A DNA stretch of 64,000 bases from Kofleriaceae bacterium. GTDB lineage: Bacteria; Myxococcota_A; Polyangia; Haliangiales; Haliangiaceae. The notes under the pieces were generated by a model that had not been told where the DNA came from, searched no databases, and saw only the letters and a program-made list of their open reading frames with translations. Numbering within the stretch: the first letter of the stretch is position 1; the number at the start of each line of letters is the position of its first letter. This document shows, piece after piece, positions 1 through 11,433 of the stretch. The stretch spans positions 1-64,000 of the forward strand of contig JBKJLC010000056.1 in NCBI GenBank assembly GCA_046597055.1, in the 5' to 3' direction. A program made the position numbers and the translations under genes.

Positions 1-726
1 TCAGGCCATCCCGACCGCCGCCACGATCGCGCAGACCAGCGGCGTCGCGATCTCGATCAGGCTGCTGACCCGCGGTGGGATGTGGCCGCGGAGCCGGTGA
101 CCGAGCAGGTTGCCGGCGAGGATCGCGACCGCGAGCACCGCGACGTGCGGCAGCCAGGCGGCGGTGAACAGGCCGACCGCGCTGTAGCCGACCACCCGGA
201 TGCCGTGCAGCGCGACCGAGGCGACCGCGGTGGCGGCCAGGTAGCCCTCGCCGGCCAGCCCGGACGACAGCAGCACCGGACCGAGCAGCACGCCGGCGCC
301 GCCGGCGGTCGCCGCCACCGCGCCGACCGCCGCCCCCGAGGGCACCAGCCAGCGCCGCGGCACCTGCCAGTCGGCGAACGCGAGCGCCCGGGCGACCGCG
401 AGCAGCGCGACCGCGATCATCAGCCAGCGGAGCACTGCGTCGGGCAGACCGCCGGTGAGCACCGCGCCGACCAGCGCGCCCGGCACCAGGCCGAGCAGGA
501 GTGGCGTGAGCACCGACCGCGGCGCGGCGTGCCGGTAGAGCACCGCGCGGTGCAGGTTGCCGCACAGGAGCGCGGCCGCGCTGACCGCCAGCCCGGGCTT
601 GGGCCCGAGCATCCACGACAGCACGAACACGATCAAGAGCCCGCCGCCCATCCCTGACACCGTCGTGAGCACCCCGGCGGCCAGCCCCAGCACCACCATC
701 GCGAACAGGTCGGGCGGCAGCTCCAT
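1..726 (-). CDS. Sulfite exporter TauE/SafE (TSUP) family membrane protein
   Basis: Highly hydrophobic with two GxGGG-type repeats (SGMGGGLL, TAGGAGVLL). ATG at 726 chosen because it leaves room for a promoter shared with the divergent LysR gene. Confidence 0.8.
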   Translation of the reverse strand: MELPPDLFAMVVLGLAAGVLTTVSGMGGGLLIVFVLSWMLGPKPGLAVSAAALLCGNLHRAVLYRHAAPRSVLTPLLLGLVPGALVGAVLTGGLPDAVLRWLMIAVALLAVARALAFADWQVPRRWLVPSGAAVGAVAATAGGAGVLLGPVLLSSGLAGEGYLAATAVASVALHGIRVVGYSAVGLFTAAWLPHVAVLAVAILAGNLLGHRLRGHIPPRVSSLIEIATPLVCAIVAAVGMA

Positions 727-753
727 GCCGGCTACGATGCCGGCACGGCGGCT

Positions 754-802
754 ATCAGTCCAATGGATTGTTTCTATCATTCCCATCACGTTCATCTATG
801 AT
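754..802. promoter_or_regulatory. Putative LysR binding boxes (T-N11-A)
   Basis: AT-rich spacer between divergent genes containing ATCAGTCCAATGGAT (754-768) and ATCACGTTCATCTAT (785-799), both T-N11-A with dyad character. Confidence 0.5.
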
Positions 803-807
803 GCGTC

Positions 808-1653
808 GTGCTCGACGAGCTGCGCTATCTCATCCTCATCGCCGACGCCGGGACCTTCACCGCGGCCGCCCGCACCGCGCACCTGTCCCAGCCTGCGCTG
901 TCGGCTGCGATCCACCGACTCGAGGAGGCGATGGGCGCCCGGCTGCTGCACCGCGGGCCGGCCGGCGCCAGCCTGACCGCCGCCGGCGCCGCGCTCCTGC
1001 CCCGGGCCCGCGCCGCGCTCGCCGCGGTCGAGGATGGCCGCCGCGCGGTCCACGAGGTCGAGGCCGGCGAGGTCGGCGAGGTCCGCCTCGGCGCCGGCGC
1101 CACCGCCTGCACGTATCTCCTGCCGACCCTCCTCGCGAGCTATCGCAAGCGCTGGCCCGGGGTCATGCTGCGGGTCCGCGAGGCCTTCACCGACGAGCTC
1201 GAGGCGATGGTGGCCGCCGGCGACATCGACCTGGCGGTGGTGACCGTGCCGGTGCGCAAGAGCCCGCCGAAGCCGTATGACTGGTGGCGCGACGACGAGC
1301 TGATCGTCGTGAGCGCGCCCGGGGTGGTCCCGCGCACCGCGGGCTGGGTGACCTTCGCCGACGGCTCCCCGACCCGGGCGCTGCTCCTGGCCCGCAATCC
1401 CGACGCGCAGATCGTGATGGAGCTCGGCTCGATCGCCGCCGTGAAGGGCAACGTTCGCGCCGGGATCGGCCTGGCGCTGGTGAGCCGAGCCGCCGTCAGC
1501 GTCGACCTCAGCCGCGGCGTGCTGGTCGAGGTCGCCCTGCCGTGGTCCCCGGTGATGCGCCGGCTGGCCCTCCGCCACCGCGGGGTCGATCGGCTGCCAC
1601 CGTCGGCCGCCCGCCTGCGGGATCTCCTCTTGGCTCGGCCGCCACCCGGCTAG
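808..1653 (+). CDS. LysR family transcriptional regulator
   Basis: N-terminal HTH (FTAAARTAHLSQPALSAAIHRLEE) followed by a LysR substrate-binding domain. Confidence 0.95.
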   Translation: MLDELRYLILIADAGTFTAAARTAHLSQPALSAAIHRLEEAMGARLLHRGPAGASLTAAGAALLPRARAALAAVEDGRRAVHEVEAGEVGEVRLGAGATACTYLLPTLLASYRKRWPGVMLRVREAFTDELEAMVAAGDIDLAVVTVPVRKSPPKPYDWWRDDELIVVSAPGVVPRTAGWVTFADGSPTRALLLARNPDAQIVMELGSIAAVKGNVRAGIGLALVSRAAVSVDLSRGVLVEVALPWSPVMRRLALRHRGVDRLPPSAARLRDLLLARPPPG

Positions 1654-1695
1654 CCACGATGCCGAGCTGATAGATGAGCCCGAGACGCATCTCGG

Positions 1696-1752
1696 TCGAG
1701 CACAGGTCCGGTGTTCGAGACCGGCACGGAGGGCGAGCCGAGGCGAGGACGA
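1696..1752 (+). repeat. Dispersed intergenic repeat family B, copy 1
   Basis: GGTGTTCGAG...GCACGGAGGGCGAGCCGAGGCG..GACGA recurs as the reverse complement at 47542-47600. Confidence 0.75.
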
Positions 1753-1832
1753 CCCCGCGTGCCCCCAGCGTTACCACGGGTCGAAGAAGGAGCGCGTTCG
1801 AAAGTCGTGCGAGCTGCTGAGGCTGGCCGCTG

Positions 1833-1885
1833 GCCCTTCGACTCCGGGCTCGCAACGAGCCCTTCGCTCAGGGACACCGGGAAAC
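1833..1885 (+). repeat. REP-like palindromic repeat family A, copy 1
   Basis: GCCCTTCGACT-[hairpin GGGCTCG-CAA-CGAGCCC]-TTCGCTCAGGGACACCGGGAA; a second copy lies inverted at 15841-15886. Confidence 0.75.
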
Positions 1886-1922
1886 GGCGCCGGGCGCGAT
1901 AGGTGATAGGGTGCGCCGCATC

Positions 1923-2810
1923 ATGATTCCGACCCGCGTGTATCACTATCGCGATCCGGCGGCAGTGATCCTCGGCCTCAAGGAGCTGCGCAAGAAGGGC
2001 CTGACCCCGCGCGGCATCCTGTTCGTGGCGCTCGATCCACGCGGCGAGACGTACATCGCGGTGCCCGAAGATCTCGACGCGGTCGCCAACGTCCGCGTCG
2101 GCGACAAGCTGTCGCTCGAGCCGCCCTGGACCGGCCGCTACTTCCATCTCGACGCGGTCCACCGGCTGCCCGGCGACACCGTGCTGTGGAACGGCGACCG
2201 CCGCCTCGGCGACACCGGCAGCGCGCCCGAGGTCGCGTGCGCGATCTCGGAGTGGCTCAAGGGCTCGAGCGCGAAGAACGTCTTCCTCGGCTGCACGCCG
2301 CACCAGCCCGGCTCGTGGTGGACGGTCGACCACCGCTCGCCGGTGATCGACCTGCACGCCCGCGGCCTGGTCGACACCGTGGTCACCACCTCGGGGCTGC
2401 TCGCCCGCAAGATCGACGAGCCGCTGCTCTATCACACCGACTTCGCCACCCTGGCCGCGCACCGCGGGCCCCGCGATGGCTGGCACGACGTCTTCAAGAG
2501 CGAGATGGGCAACATCCTCCTGCTCGAGCGACGCGTGCTCGGCTACCGGCTGGTGCTCACCTGCGAGCAGGGCCTGATCGAGATCGACGTCAGCCACCTG
2601 CCCGACCTGGTCATGGAGACCGCCCGGGTGCCGATGAAGAGCGGCTTCGGCGTGGTCGGCCGCATCGACGGCGGCGCGTTCGCGGTCACCGCCGGCAAGA
2701 TCGAGCCGTGGGGGCTCTCGGATGTCGGTCCGGCGATGCTGGTCGGCTCGCCCAACGAGACGATCCTCGACCTGCCGCGGACCCTCGCGGCGTTTCCGCT
2801 CGACGACTGA
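1923..2810 (+). CDS. Hypothetical soluble protein (~295 aa)
   Basis: Strong GC3 codon bias and globular composition; no motif recognised. Alternative GTG start at 1911. Confidence 0.8.
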   Translation: MIPTRVYHYRDPAAVILGLKELRKKGLTPRGILFVALDPRGETYIAVPEDLDAVANVRVGDKLSLEPPWTGRYFHLDAVHRLPGDTVLWNGDRRLGDTGSAPEVACAISEWLKGSSAKNVFLGCTPHQPGSWWTVDHRSPVIDLHARGLVDTVVTTSGLLARKIDEPLLYHTDFATLAAHRGPRDGWHDVFKSEMGNILLLERRVLGYRLVLTCEQGLIEIDVSHLPDLVMETARVPMKSGFGVVGRIDGGAFAVTAGKIEPWGLSDVGPAMLVGSPNETILDLPRTLAAFPLDD

Positions 2811-2858
2811 CCGCGCCGACGGCCGGCCCCGGCCTCCCCGCGCGTCGGGGTCAGGGTC

Positions 2859-3080
2859 TCAGGGCGACGCCGACATCATGTTCAGGTAGGCAAGCCCGAA
2901 GGCCAGCGCCACCACCGCGGTCACCGGCCACAGGCCGACCACCGTGCTCAGGACCGTTCGCGCGGTCGGTCCGAGGCTCTCCTCGAACGCGACCAGCCGC
3001 TCGCGCAACGGCACTGGCGGCGGCGCAACCGTGATGCCGCCCTTCTTGACGACCCGGGCCTGAGGCAAACCAGCGGACAT
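2859..3080 (-). CDS. Small single-pass membrane protein
   Basis: 73 aa with a C-terminal hydrophobic helix; fills the gap between neighbouring genes. Confidence 0.6.
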   Translation of the reverse strand: MSAGLPQARVVKKGGITVAPPPVPLRERLVAFEESLGPTARTVLSTVVGLWPVTAVVALAFGLAYLNMMSASP

Positions 3081-3192
3081 CTACCCAGTATGCGCGGGCG
3101 GCTCCGCCCGCCTACTGGCAATCACTGACCGAAGCCACCGGCGTCACACCCTGCGCGGTGGGTGCGCCGAACTCGCGCGGTCGCCGCCCGCT

Positions 3193-6100
3193 TCAGAGGA
3201 ACGTGCACACGCTCGGGTTGTTGCCCACGCAGGTGAAGCCGACCTCGACCACGCAGGCCGCGCTGCACCCGTCCCCGCTGCTCAGATCCCCATCGTCACA
3301 CTGCTCGCTGGGCGCCTTGCGGCCATCGCCGCAGGTGGTCGAACAGACGCTGGGATTGCCGCCGCCGCACGCGTGCCCGAACTCGATCTGGCAGGTTCCG
3401 CTGCAGCCGTCGTTGTTGTTGGTGTTGCCGTCATCGCACGCCTCGGCGCCGGCGCGCACGCCGTCCCCACAAGTCGTGGCGCACACGCTGGGCCCGCTTG
3501 CCGGCCCGCAGGTGAAGCCGGCCTCGACCGTGCATGTCGCGCTGCAGCCATCGCCGTTCTCGGCCGGCGGTGCGTCATCGCAGGCCTCGCCAGGCTCGAC
3601 CAGACCGTTGCCGCAGATCTCGAGCTTGCACTGGTTGCAGCCATCGCCGACCACCGCGTTGTTGTCGTCGCACTGCTCGCCGGCGGCCAGGTTCACGATG
3701 CCATCACCGCCGCCGCACGCCGGCAGGCTGCAGTCGAAGTCACACCCGGCCGTGTTGCCGCCGGTGTCGCAGGTCTCGCTCGCGCTGGCCACGCCATCGC
3801 CACAGCGGACGTTCTGGCAGTTGTTGCGACAGGCATCGAGGTCGTCGAGGTTGCCGTCGTCGCACTGCTCGCCGTTGACCGCCTCCACGCGACCGTTGCC
3901 GCAGGACTCGATCTGGCACAACGCCGAGCAGCCGTCGCCGTCGACCGCGTTGCTGTCGTCACACGACTCGGTGCCGGGCGCCAAGGTCGGCGTGAACGCT
4001 CGGTTGATGATGCCGTCGCCGCACGCGGGCGCCGAGCAGTTGAAGTCGCAACTCGACGTGTTGCCGCCGGTGTCGCAGGCCTCGGCGGTGGAGTCGATGC
4101 CGTCGCCGCACACGTGGACCGTGCAGCTGTTGCGGCACGCGTCGAGATCGTTGAGGTTGCCGTCGTCGCAGGCCTCGCCGTTGATGGCCTCGGTGATGCC
4201 GTTGCCGCAGGTCTCGATCTGACACAGCGCCGAGCAGCCGTCGCCGGCGGCCAGGTTGTTGTCGTCGCACTGCTCCACGCCGGGCGCGCCGATCGGCGTG
4301 AACGAACGGTTGACCAGGCCGTCGCCGCACACCGGCAGCGAGCAGTTGAAGTCGCAGCTCGACGTGTTGCCGGCGGTGTCGCAGGTCTCAGCGGCCGCGT
4401 CGATGCCGTCGCCGCACACCTGCAGCGTGCAGCTGTTGCGGCAGCCGTCGAGGTCGTCGGTGTTGCCGTCGTCGCACTGCTCGCCGTTGACCGTCTCGGT
4501 CACGCCGTTTCCGCAGGTCTCGATCTGGCACAGCGCCGAGCAGCCGTCGCCCGGGGTGGTGTTGCTGTCGTCGCACTGTTCGGGGCCGCTCGCGCCGGCT
4601 GGCGTGAACAACCGGTTGATGAGGCCGTCGCCACACACCGGCGCCGTGCAGTTGAAGTCGCAGCTCGATGAGTTGCCGCCGGTGTCGCAGGCCTCGGCCG
4701 AGCTGTCGAAGCCGTCGCCGCAGATGTGGAACGTGCAGCTGTTGCGGCAGGTGTCGAGGTCGTTGAGGTTGCCGTCGTCGCACTGCTCGCCGTTGATGGC
4801 CTCGGTCACGCCGTTGCCGCAGGTCTCGATCTGGCACAGCGCCGAACAGCCGTCCCCGGCGGTGGTGTTGCCATCGTCGCAGGCCTCGCCGGTCAGCGAG
4901 CCGGCCGTGATGAACAGCGGGTTGGCGATGCCGTCGCCGCACGCCGGCGCCGAACAGTTGAAGTCGCAGGTCGCCGTGTTGCCGCTGGTGTCACAGGTCT
5001 CGCTGGTGCTCGCGATGCCGTCGCCGCAGCGGACGCTCTGGCAGTTGTTGCGGCAGGCGTCGAGATCGTTGCCGTTGCCGTCGTCGCACTGCTCGCCGTT
5101 GACGCCTTCGGTCACGCCGTTGCCGCAGCTCTCGCTCTGGCAGAACTGGTCGCAGCCATCGCCGGGGACCACGCCGCCGTCGTCGCAGGTCTCGGTGCCG
5201 GGCGCGCCCGCCGCGGTGAACGACCGGTTGACGAACCCGTCGCCGCACGCCGGCAGCGAGCAGTTGGCGTCGCAGCCGGCGACGCTCGCGCCGATCGCGC
5301 CCGGGTCACAGGCCTCGCCCGCGGCCAGGTTGACGTTGTTGTCGCCGCACACCGGCGCGGTGCAGTTGACGTCGCAGGCCGCGGTGTCGCGGGCCAGCCC
5401 GGTCACCGGATCGCCGTCGTCGCAGGTCTCGCTGGCGACCGGGTTCACGAACCGATCGCCGCACACCGGCGCGCTGCAGTTGGCGTCGCAGGTGGTGGTG
5501 TTGAGCCCGACCGTGCCGGGATCGCAGGTCTCGCCGGCGGCGTTGTTGGTGAGGTTGTCGCCGCACACCGGCGGCGTGCAGTTCGAGTCGCAGCTGGCGA
5601 CGTTGGCGCCGACCGCGCCGGGGTCGCACAGCTCGCCGGCCGGGCCGTTGACCCGGTTGTCGCCGCACACGGGGACCGTACAGTCGGCGTCGCACCCCGC
5701 GACGTTGGCGCCGGGGGTGCCCGGATCGCAGGCCTCGAGCGGGACGCCGCCCGTCATGGTCGCGTTGACGCGGTTGTCGCCGCACACCGGGATCGTGCAG
5801 TCGCCGTCGCACTCGAGCGAGTCGGACATGTTGGGCATGCCGTTGTCGCACTCCTCGTCGTCGGCCGGGCCAGCGCCGTTGGTGTCGAGAATGCCGTTGC
5901 CGCAGCCGGCGCCGCCCTGGCAGTCGTTGCGGCACCCATTGCCATCGATGCCGTCGCCATCGTCGCAGATCTCGCGCGGGTTCGGCGGCGAGCCCAGCGG
6001 GTTGCCCAGGTCGTCCACGATGCCGTTCTGGCAGGACTCTTCGGACAGGCAGTTGGCCGAACAGCCGTCGCCCGAGAGGTTGTTGCCGTCGTCGCACACC

Positions 6101-6672
6101 TCGGCGCAGTTGGTGCCGGTGGCGGTCGCGTTCAGACACACCCCGGGCAGGCTGGTCGCGGTGTTGGGCAAGTGGCGGTCGATGAGGTTATTGCCGCACT
6201 CCTCGTCCGACCGGCAGTCGCCCTTGCAGCCGTCGGCGTCGACCGTGTTGCCGTCGTCGCAGACCTCGAGCGCGATCAGGTTGGTGTGCATGTCACCGCA
6301 GACCACCGCCGTGCAGTTGCTGTCGCAGGTCGCGGTGTCGACGCCCTCGTCGTCGCAGGCCTCGGTGATCGGCCCCTCACCGTCGACGAAGCCGTCGCCG
6401 CAGATCGCGACCTGGCAGTCGTTGCGACAGTCATCGTCGTTGCTCTGGTTGCCATCGTCACAGGTCTCGCCCGGGTCGACCACGCGGTTGCCGCAGCCGG
6501 TGGTGGTGCAGCCGAGGCCATCGGCCGTGCACACCGATCCGGCCGCGCACACCACGCCGCTCGAGCATTCGATGGTCTGGCTCTCGAAGCACGCGGTCGC
6601 GAGCACCCCGATCAGCGCGGAGAACACGACCCGCATGGCCGCGTGGCCAAGGACGGAGGAGCGAAGCAACAT
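3193..6672 (-). CDS. Large myxobacterial cysteine-rich repeat (DUF4215/Myxo disulfide repeat-like) lipoprotein
   Basis: Lipobox-like LATAC; dozens of CGDG/CGNG...E.CDDGN...GDGC repeats; GAGG RBS before ATG 6672. Confidence 0.9.
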   Translation of the reverse strand: MLLRSSVLGHAAMRVVFSALIGVLATACFESQTIECSSGVVCAAGSVCTADGLGCTTTGCGNRVVDPGETCDDGNQSNDDDCRNDCQVAICGDGFVDGEGPITEACDDEGVDTATCDSNCTAVVCGDMHTNLIALEVCDDGNTVDADGCKGDCRSDEECGNNLIDRHLPNTATSLPGVCLNATATGTNCAEVCDDGNNLSGDGCSANCLSEESCQNGIVDDLGNPLGSPPNPREICDDGDGIDGNGCRNDCQGGAGCGNGILDTNGAGPADDEECDNGMPNMSDSLECDGDCTIPVCGDNRVNATMTGGVPLEACDPGTPGANVAGCDADCTVPVCGDNRVNGPAGELCDPGAVGANVASCDSNCTPPVCGDNLTNNAAGETCDPGTVGLNTTTCDANCSAPVCGDRFVNPVASETCDDGDPVTGLARDTAACDVNCTAPVCGDNNVNLAAGEACDPGAIGASVAGCDANCSLPACGDGFVNRSFTAAGAPGTETCDDGGVVPGDGCDQFCQSESCGNGVTEGVNGEQCDDGNGNDLDACRNNCQSVRCGDGIASTSETCDTSGNTATCDFNCSAPACGDGIANPLFITAGSLTGEACDDGNTTAGDGCSALCQIETCGNGVTEAINGEQCDDGNLNDLDTCRNSCTFHICGDGFDSSAEACDTGGNSSSCDFNCTAPVCGDGLINRLFTPAGASGPEQCDDSNTTPGDGCSALCQIETCGNGVTETVNGEQCDDGNTDDLDGCRNSCTLQVCGDGIDAAAETCDTAGNTSSCDFNCSLPVCGDGLVNRSFTPIGAPGVEQCDDNNLAAGDGCSALCQIETCGNGITEAINGEACDDGNLNDLDACRNSCTVHVCGDGIDSTAEACDTGGNTSSCDFNCSAPACGDGIINRAFTPTLAPGTESCDDSNAVDGDGCSALCQIESCGNGRVEAVNGEQCDDGNLDDLDACRNNCQNVRCGDGVASASETCDTGGNTAGCDFDCSLPACGGGDGIVNLAAGEQCDDNNAVVGDGCNQCKLEICGNGLVEPGEACDDAPPAENGDGCSATCTVEAGFTCGPASGPSVCATTCGDGVRAGAEACDDGNTNNNDGCSGTCQIEFGHACGGGNPSVCSTTCGDGRKAPSEQCDDGDLSSGDGCSAACVVEVGFTCVGNNPSVCTFL
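3700..5260 (-). repeat. Intragenic tandem array of five 306-bp (102-aa) units; boundaries approximate
   Basis: The anchor GTT(G/T)CCGCAG (the CGN codons) lies at 3895, 4201, 4507, 4813 and 5119, an exact 306-bp period. Confidence 0.9.
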
Positions 6673-6730
6673 GGGTAATTCCTCGGTAGCAGGCAAAGGA
6701 GGCGAGAGGGTCACCAGATAGCCCGACGGG

Positions 6731-7936
6731 TCAGAACGAGCCGCGCGCGGCGACGCCGGCGTGGTCCGCGCCGATGACGGGCGCGATCGACATGGCGCCG
6801 GTCGGCGCCTCCTCGGCGAACGGATCGATGCGGTACGCCTGCGGCCGGTTGATGATCACCAGCGCGAGCCCGGCGGCGATCGCCAGGCCGCCGACCGTGT
6901 AGGTCGCGAACGCGAGGGTCTGGTTGCTCTCGGCGCTCGACTTCATGGCGACCACCTCGGGCGTGCGCATCGAGCACCCACCGGTCGAGTCGGTCATCGC
7001 GCACGCGGCGATCGCGGCGTCGTAGTCGTCGAAGCTGGTGCGGGCCGACACGTGCAGCAGCCCGCCGACCCCGGCGATCACCACGCCGGCGCCGAGCACG
7101 CCGTACGGGATCCAGACCGGCATCTTGCGCTTCTCGCGGGTCAGCTCGCTGTCGGTGAACAGCTTGAGCTCGAGCCGCGACGGCTCACCGCCGGTCAGCT
7201 TGAGGTTGAGCTGGGTCGGTGCGTAGCCGTCGGCGCGGGCGGCGACCGAGTGCTCGCCCGCGCGGACCAGCGCGGTCCAGGTGCCGGGCCCGATCATGAC
7301 CTGCTTGCCGTCGAAGATGAGCTTGGCGCCGGCGACCGGCAGCGTGTACTCGACCATCGCGAGCTGCTTCTCGACCAGCAGCTTGAAGTCCTTGGCGCGC
7401 GCGAACTTGTCCTCGCCGAGCGGGGCCGCGCCGTACACCATCGACTTCTCGAGCGACGCGTGCATCTCGACCGGGTTGTCGAGGTTCACCAGCGCCAGCG
7501 CGAGGTTGTAGTGGATCGCCGGGTGGTCCCAGTGGGTGAGCGCCTCGCGGTACTTGTCGACCGCCTGCGGGAACACCGACTCGCGCAGCAGCTTGTTGCC
7601 CTCGTTGAACATCGCCAGCGCGGTGCGCTGCTCGTCGGGGCTGACCCCCTTGGCCCAGGGCCGGGCGGTGTCCTGCTGGGCCTTGGCCAGATCGGACTCG
7701 GTCACCTGCCGGGGCGGCGTCTGCGGCGTATGCGGGACCGGCGTCGGCGGCGGCGCATCCGCGACCGGTGGCGCCTCGAGCGGCGGGGCCGGGGTCGGGG
7801 TCGGGGCCGGGGCCTCGGGCTTGGCCTTCTTGCCGGGCTTCGACTTGCGCTGCGCCATCGCGCCCGGTGCCGTGCCCGTGATCAGGGCCACCGCGCACAG
7901 GCCGCTGGCCATCCTCGAGACGAGTGGTCGCAACAT
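6731..7936 (-). CDS. Exported TPR + PEGA-like protein with C-terminal hydrophobic hairpin and terminal beta-strand
   Basis: Signal peptide, Pro-rich linker, TPR helices (AVDKYREAL, IHYNLALAL), PEGA-like beta domain (GEHSVAARADGY), two Gly-rich hydrophobic helices, ends ...AARGSF. Confidence 0.8.
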   Translation of the reverse strand: MLRPLVSRMASGLCAVALITGTAPGAMAQRKSKPGKKAKPEAPAPTPTPAPPLEAPPVADAPPPTPVPHTPQTPPRQVTESDLAKAQQDTARPWAKGVSPDEQRTALAMFNEGNKLLRESVFPQAVDKYREALTHWDHPAIHYNLALALVNLDNPVEMHASLEKSMVYGAAPLGEDKFARAKDFKLLVEKQLAMVEYTLPVAGAKLIFDGKQVMIGPGTWTALVRAGEHSVAARADGYAPTQLNLKLTGGEPSRLELKLFTDSELTREKRKMPVWIPYGVLGAGVVIAGVGGLLHVSARTSFDDYDAAIAACAMTDSTGGCSMRTPEVVAMKSSAESNQTLAFATYTVGGLAIAAGLALVIINRPQAYRIDPFAEEAPTGAMSIAPVIGADHAGVAARGSF

Positions 7937-8099
7937 GAAGTCTCCCGGTACGTGATCGCGTGACGAGCTCGTGTGACGTGCAGCGCGCGGACCCGGCCGT
8001 GACCGGCGTCGAGGGTCACGATCGCCCCTGCGCGGATAGTAGCGTTGGCCGGTCGGGCATGAGGGGCCGGCCGGACCGGATCGTTCAGGACCGTTCAGG

Positions 8100-11246
<3,147 letters not shown>

Positions 11247-11433
11247 CGGACGGCACCCGGCTGGTGTGGGAGTCACACGGCGGGCAGAAGTGCGTGCAGC
11301 CACGCGCAAGCCCCCCGCTTGGGGGCCGAGCATAGCCGTTTGTACGCGCGAGTTCCGCGGTTTATTGGCGGCTACCGATGCCAGGGTCGCGAAAAGCCAC
11401 GGTTCAACGTAGTGGTTGCTACATTCCGCGCCC

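Noticed and set aside
3193..6500. Regularly spaced repeats as a possible CRISPR array
   Set aside because: The periods are multiples of 3, the repeats encode Cys-rich protein modules, and there are no unique spacers or cas genes.
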